Assembly (NCBI RefSeq): GCF_009914755.1
Contig: NC_060926.1
Length of the DNA: 64,000 nt
Reading direction: 5' to 3' (one strand)
Source of the DNA: the human T2T-CHM13v2.0 reference genome, Homo sapiens
Every line of letters starts with the position of its first letter. Position 1 is the stretch's first letter. Shown here piece after piece: positions 62,440-64,000 of the stretch. The notes under the pieces were generated by a model. The model did not search any database. It saw only the letters and a program-made list of their open reading frames with translations, and had not been told where the DNA came from. The position numbers were made by a program, and so were the translations under genes.

Positions 62440-62720
62440 TCTCTTCCCAATTAGCCACTGTTCTAATCAATTTAATCCATCTCTGACAGCACGCCATATT
62501 TTCCTATCTTGTTGATGAGCATGTCATGTGGAACAGAGTCAGAAGCCTCCCTGATGTCAAAATATACTATGTCTGTCCCTTCCTTCTTGCATACAACGTC
62601 TGACACTCTGTCAGAGGAGGCAATTGAATTGGTCTAACATGATTTGTTGGTCACAAAGTCAAGCTGATTATTACCTATCATTCTGAGCCCTTCCATGTGC
62701 TTGCAAATTGATTAGGCATC
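62440..62720 (-). mobile_element. CR1/L3-clade LINE reverse transcriptase fragment
   Basis: 62669->62493 translates NQLDFVTNKSC*TNSIASSDRVSDVVCKKEGTDIVYFDIREASDSVPHDMLINKIGKYG, matching the CR1 pattern NQHGF..KSC.TNL...D..YLDF.KAFD.V.H..L..KL..YG. Confidence 0.8.
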
Positions 62721-63264
62721 TTGATCTTGTGGTTAATGCACTTTTTGTCATTGTGTAGAGTCTGGGACACTTCAATGCAATCTTGGGCTACTGTGAGAAT
62801 ACATTTACCATCTATTCCACTTTCATTAAAGATAAAGAGCTCATTTGCTTTTATAGCTCAGAAATTCTAAGAAAATTCTTAATGCTCTCAAGGACTCTTG
62901 GGAATCTTAATAGTAGCCTAGATTTGGCATCACAAGAGTTAAAACGAAATCAAGTTTCTTATCCTTATTACCAGGAAAGACAACACACGTTTGTTGAGTC
63001 CCTGCTATGTAAAAGGCATTTCTGCTGCTTGGTTATGCGATAGATACAAAGTTGTATAAGACGGTCTGAAATCTTGTGTTGTCTGTAGAGAACACGGACA
63101 CATGAGAAACTAATTGACACCAAAATATTTTATGTGAACAATGGGGAAAAAAAGACCATACAGCTTTTTGGTTGGTTGTGTGTTATTAGGAATCACAGTT
63201 TCTTTGTGCCTGCTTGTCTAGCTAAATCATTTAAAATAATAATGCAGACATATTATTTGCATAT

Positions 63265-63407
63265 TTCTTTTTTAATTTAAAATTTTAAATGATCCATAAT
63301 AGATGTACATATTTTTGGTGTTCATGTGATAACAGGTACAACCATATAATGTGTAAAGATCAAATCAGTGTAACAGATACCCATCACCTTATATTTATCT
63401 TTTCTTT
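63265..63407 (-). mobile_element. Short L1MA 3'-end fragment
   Basis: ATAATAGATGTACATATTTTTGG...GTGTAAAGATCAAATCAG...CCATCACCT. Confidence 0.65.
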
Positions 63408-63630
63408 TTGATTTGACTGCTTCCTAAATTTCGACTCATCTTTTATTTATCTACATCCTCAAAATGCCTAGTGGCAGTGAGGCTGATTTATTTATATTCT
63501 TGGTGTCATTACATGTTTCCTATTGTTTTCTTTGTCTTTTTCTTTTTATCAGCTTTGTACTTATGCCTAGTTAAGGGCTTGTAGGTATGTTCTTTCAAGG
63601 ATGGGAACATTTTCCCAAGATTCTTGATCG

Positions 63631-63698
63631 TAGGGTCTCTTGAGAACTCTCACTGTTACTGTTCTAGGGTCTCTTGAGAACTCTCACTGTTACTGTTC
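63631..63698. repeat. Perfect 34-bp tandem duplication
   Basis: TAGGGTCTCTTGAGAACTCTCACTGTTACTGTTC at 63631-63664 and 63665-63698. Confidence 0.95.
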
Positions 63699-64000
63699 AA
63701 TAAAGGCTTGGTAATAACATATTATCACCATCAACAAAATATAAAAAATATAACTCCTTGTATTTATAAGCATATTGATAAGAATCAAATTATTAATGAA
63801 AGAATAACAAAAATGCTTGGCAAAAAATATCCAACGACCACCTTTTTTATTTTGCTTTTTTTCCAAACAGATTTATTTTAAAATACAATTCTGAATTAAA
63901 AAATTAAAATATTCCAGGACAAAACATTTGTCACTATACTCAGCTACAATCCTTTGAGGAAATACCTTTTCTATTGCTTATTGATAGGCTTCTGTCATTA

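Overview
This is human-like (primate) non-coding DNA, intronic or intergenic, and dominated by transposable elements. I find no intact protein-coding gene, and the long ORFs are LINE-1 ORF2, HERV-L or Alu-derived. It contains ten Alus (all on the minus strand) and three L1PA elements: a 5'-truncated L1PA3/4 (+), an L1PA7-like element with a ~1.9-kb internal deletion (-), and an L1PA4-like element with a twin-priming 5' inversion. A ~19-kb nest has an old L1MC-like host containing the L1PA7 and an L1MA/L1M2 that itself carries two Alus and a HERV-L/MLT2A provirus lacking its 3' LTR. There are also solo LTRs (MLT1A, MSTA, MER4D-like, MER61), MER58/MIR/L2 relics and a CR1/L3 RT fragment. Two small-RNA retrocopies are present: a polyA-tailed U13 snoRNA copy and a tailless 5S rRNA 5' fragment. 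The observations most worth following up are two L1PA4 copies ~43 kb apart in inverted orientation that share apparently non-consensus variants, templated fold-back insertions (HERV-L PBS, L1 ORF2), an octamer-motif cluster in unique DNA, and a candidate minus-strand exon. Subfamily names come from remembered consensus sequences, not from a database search. I see no evidence of a wholly new biological system.
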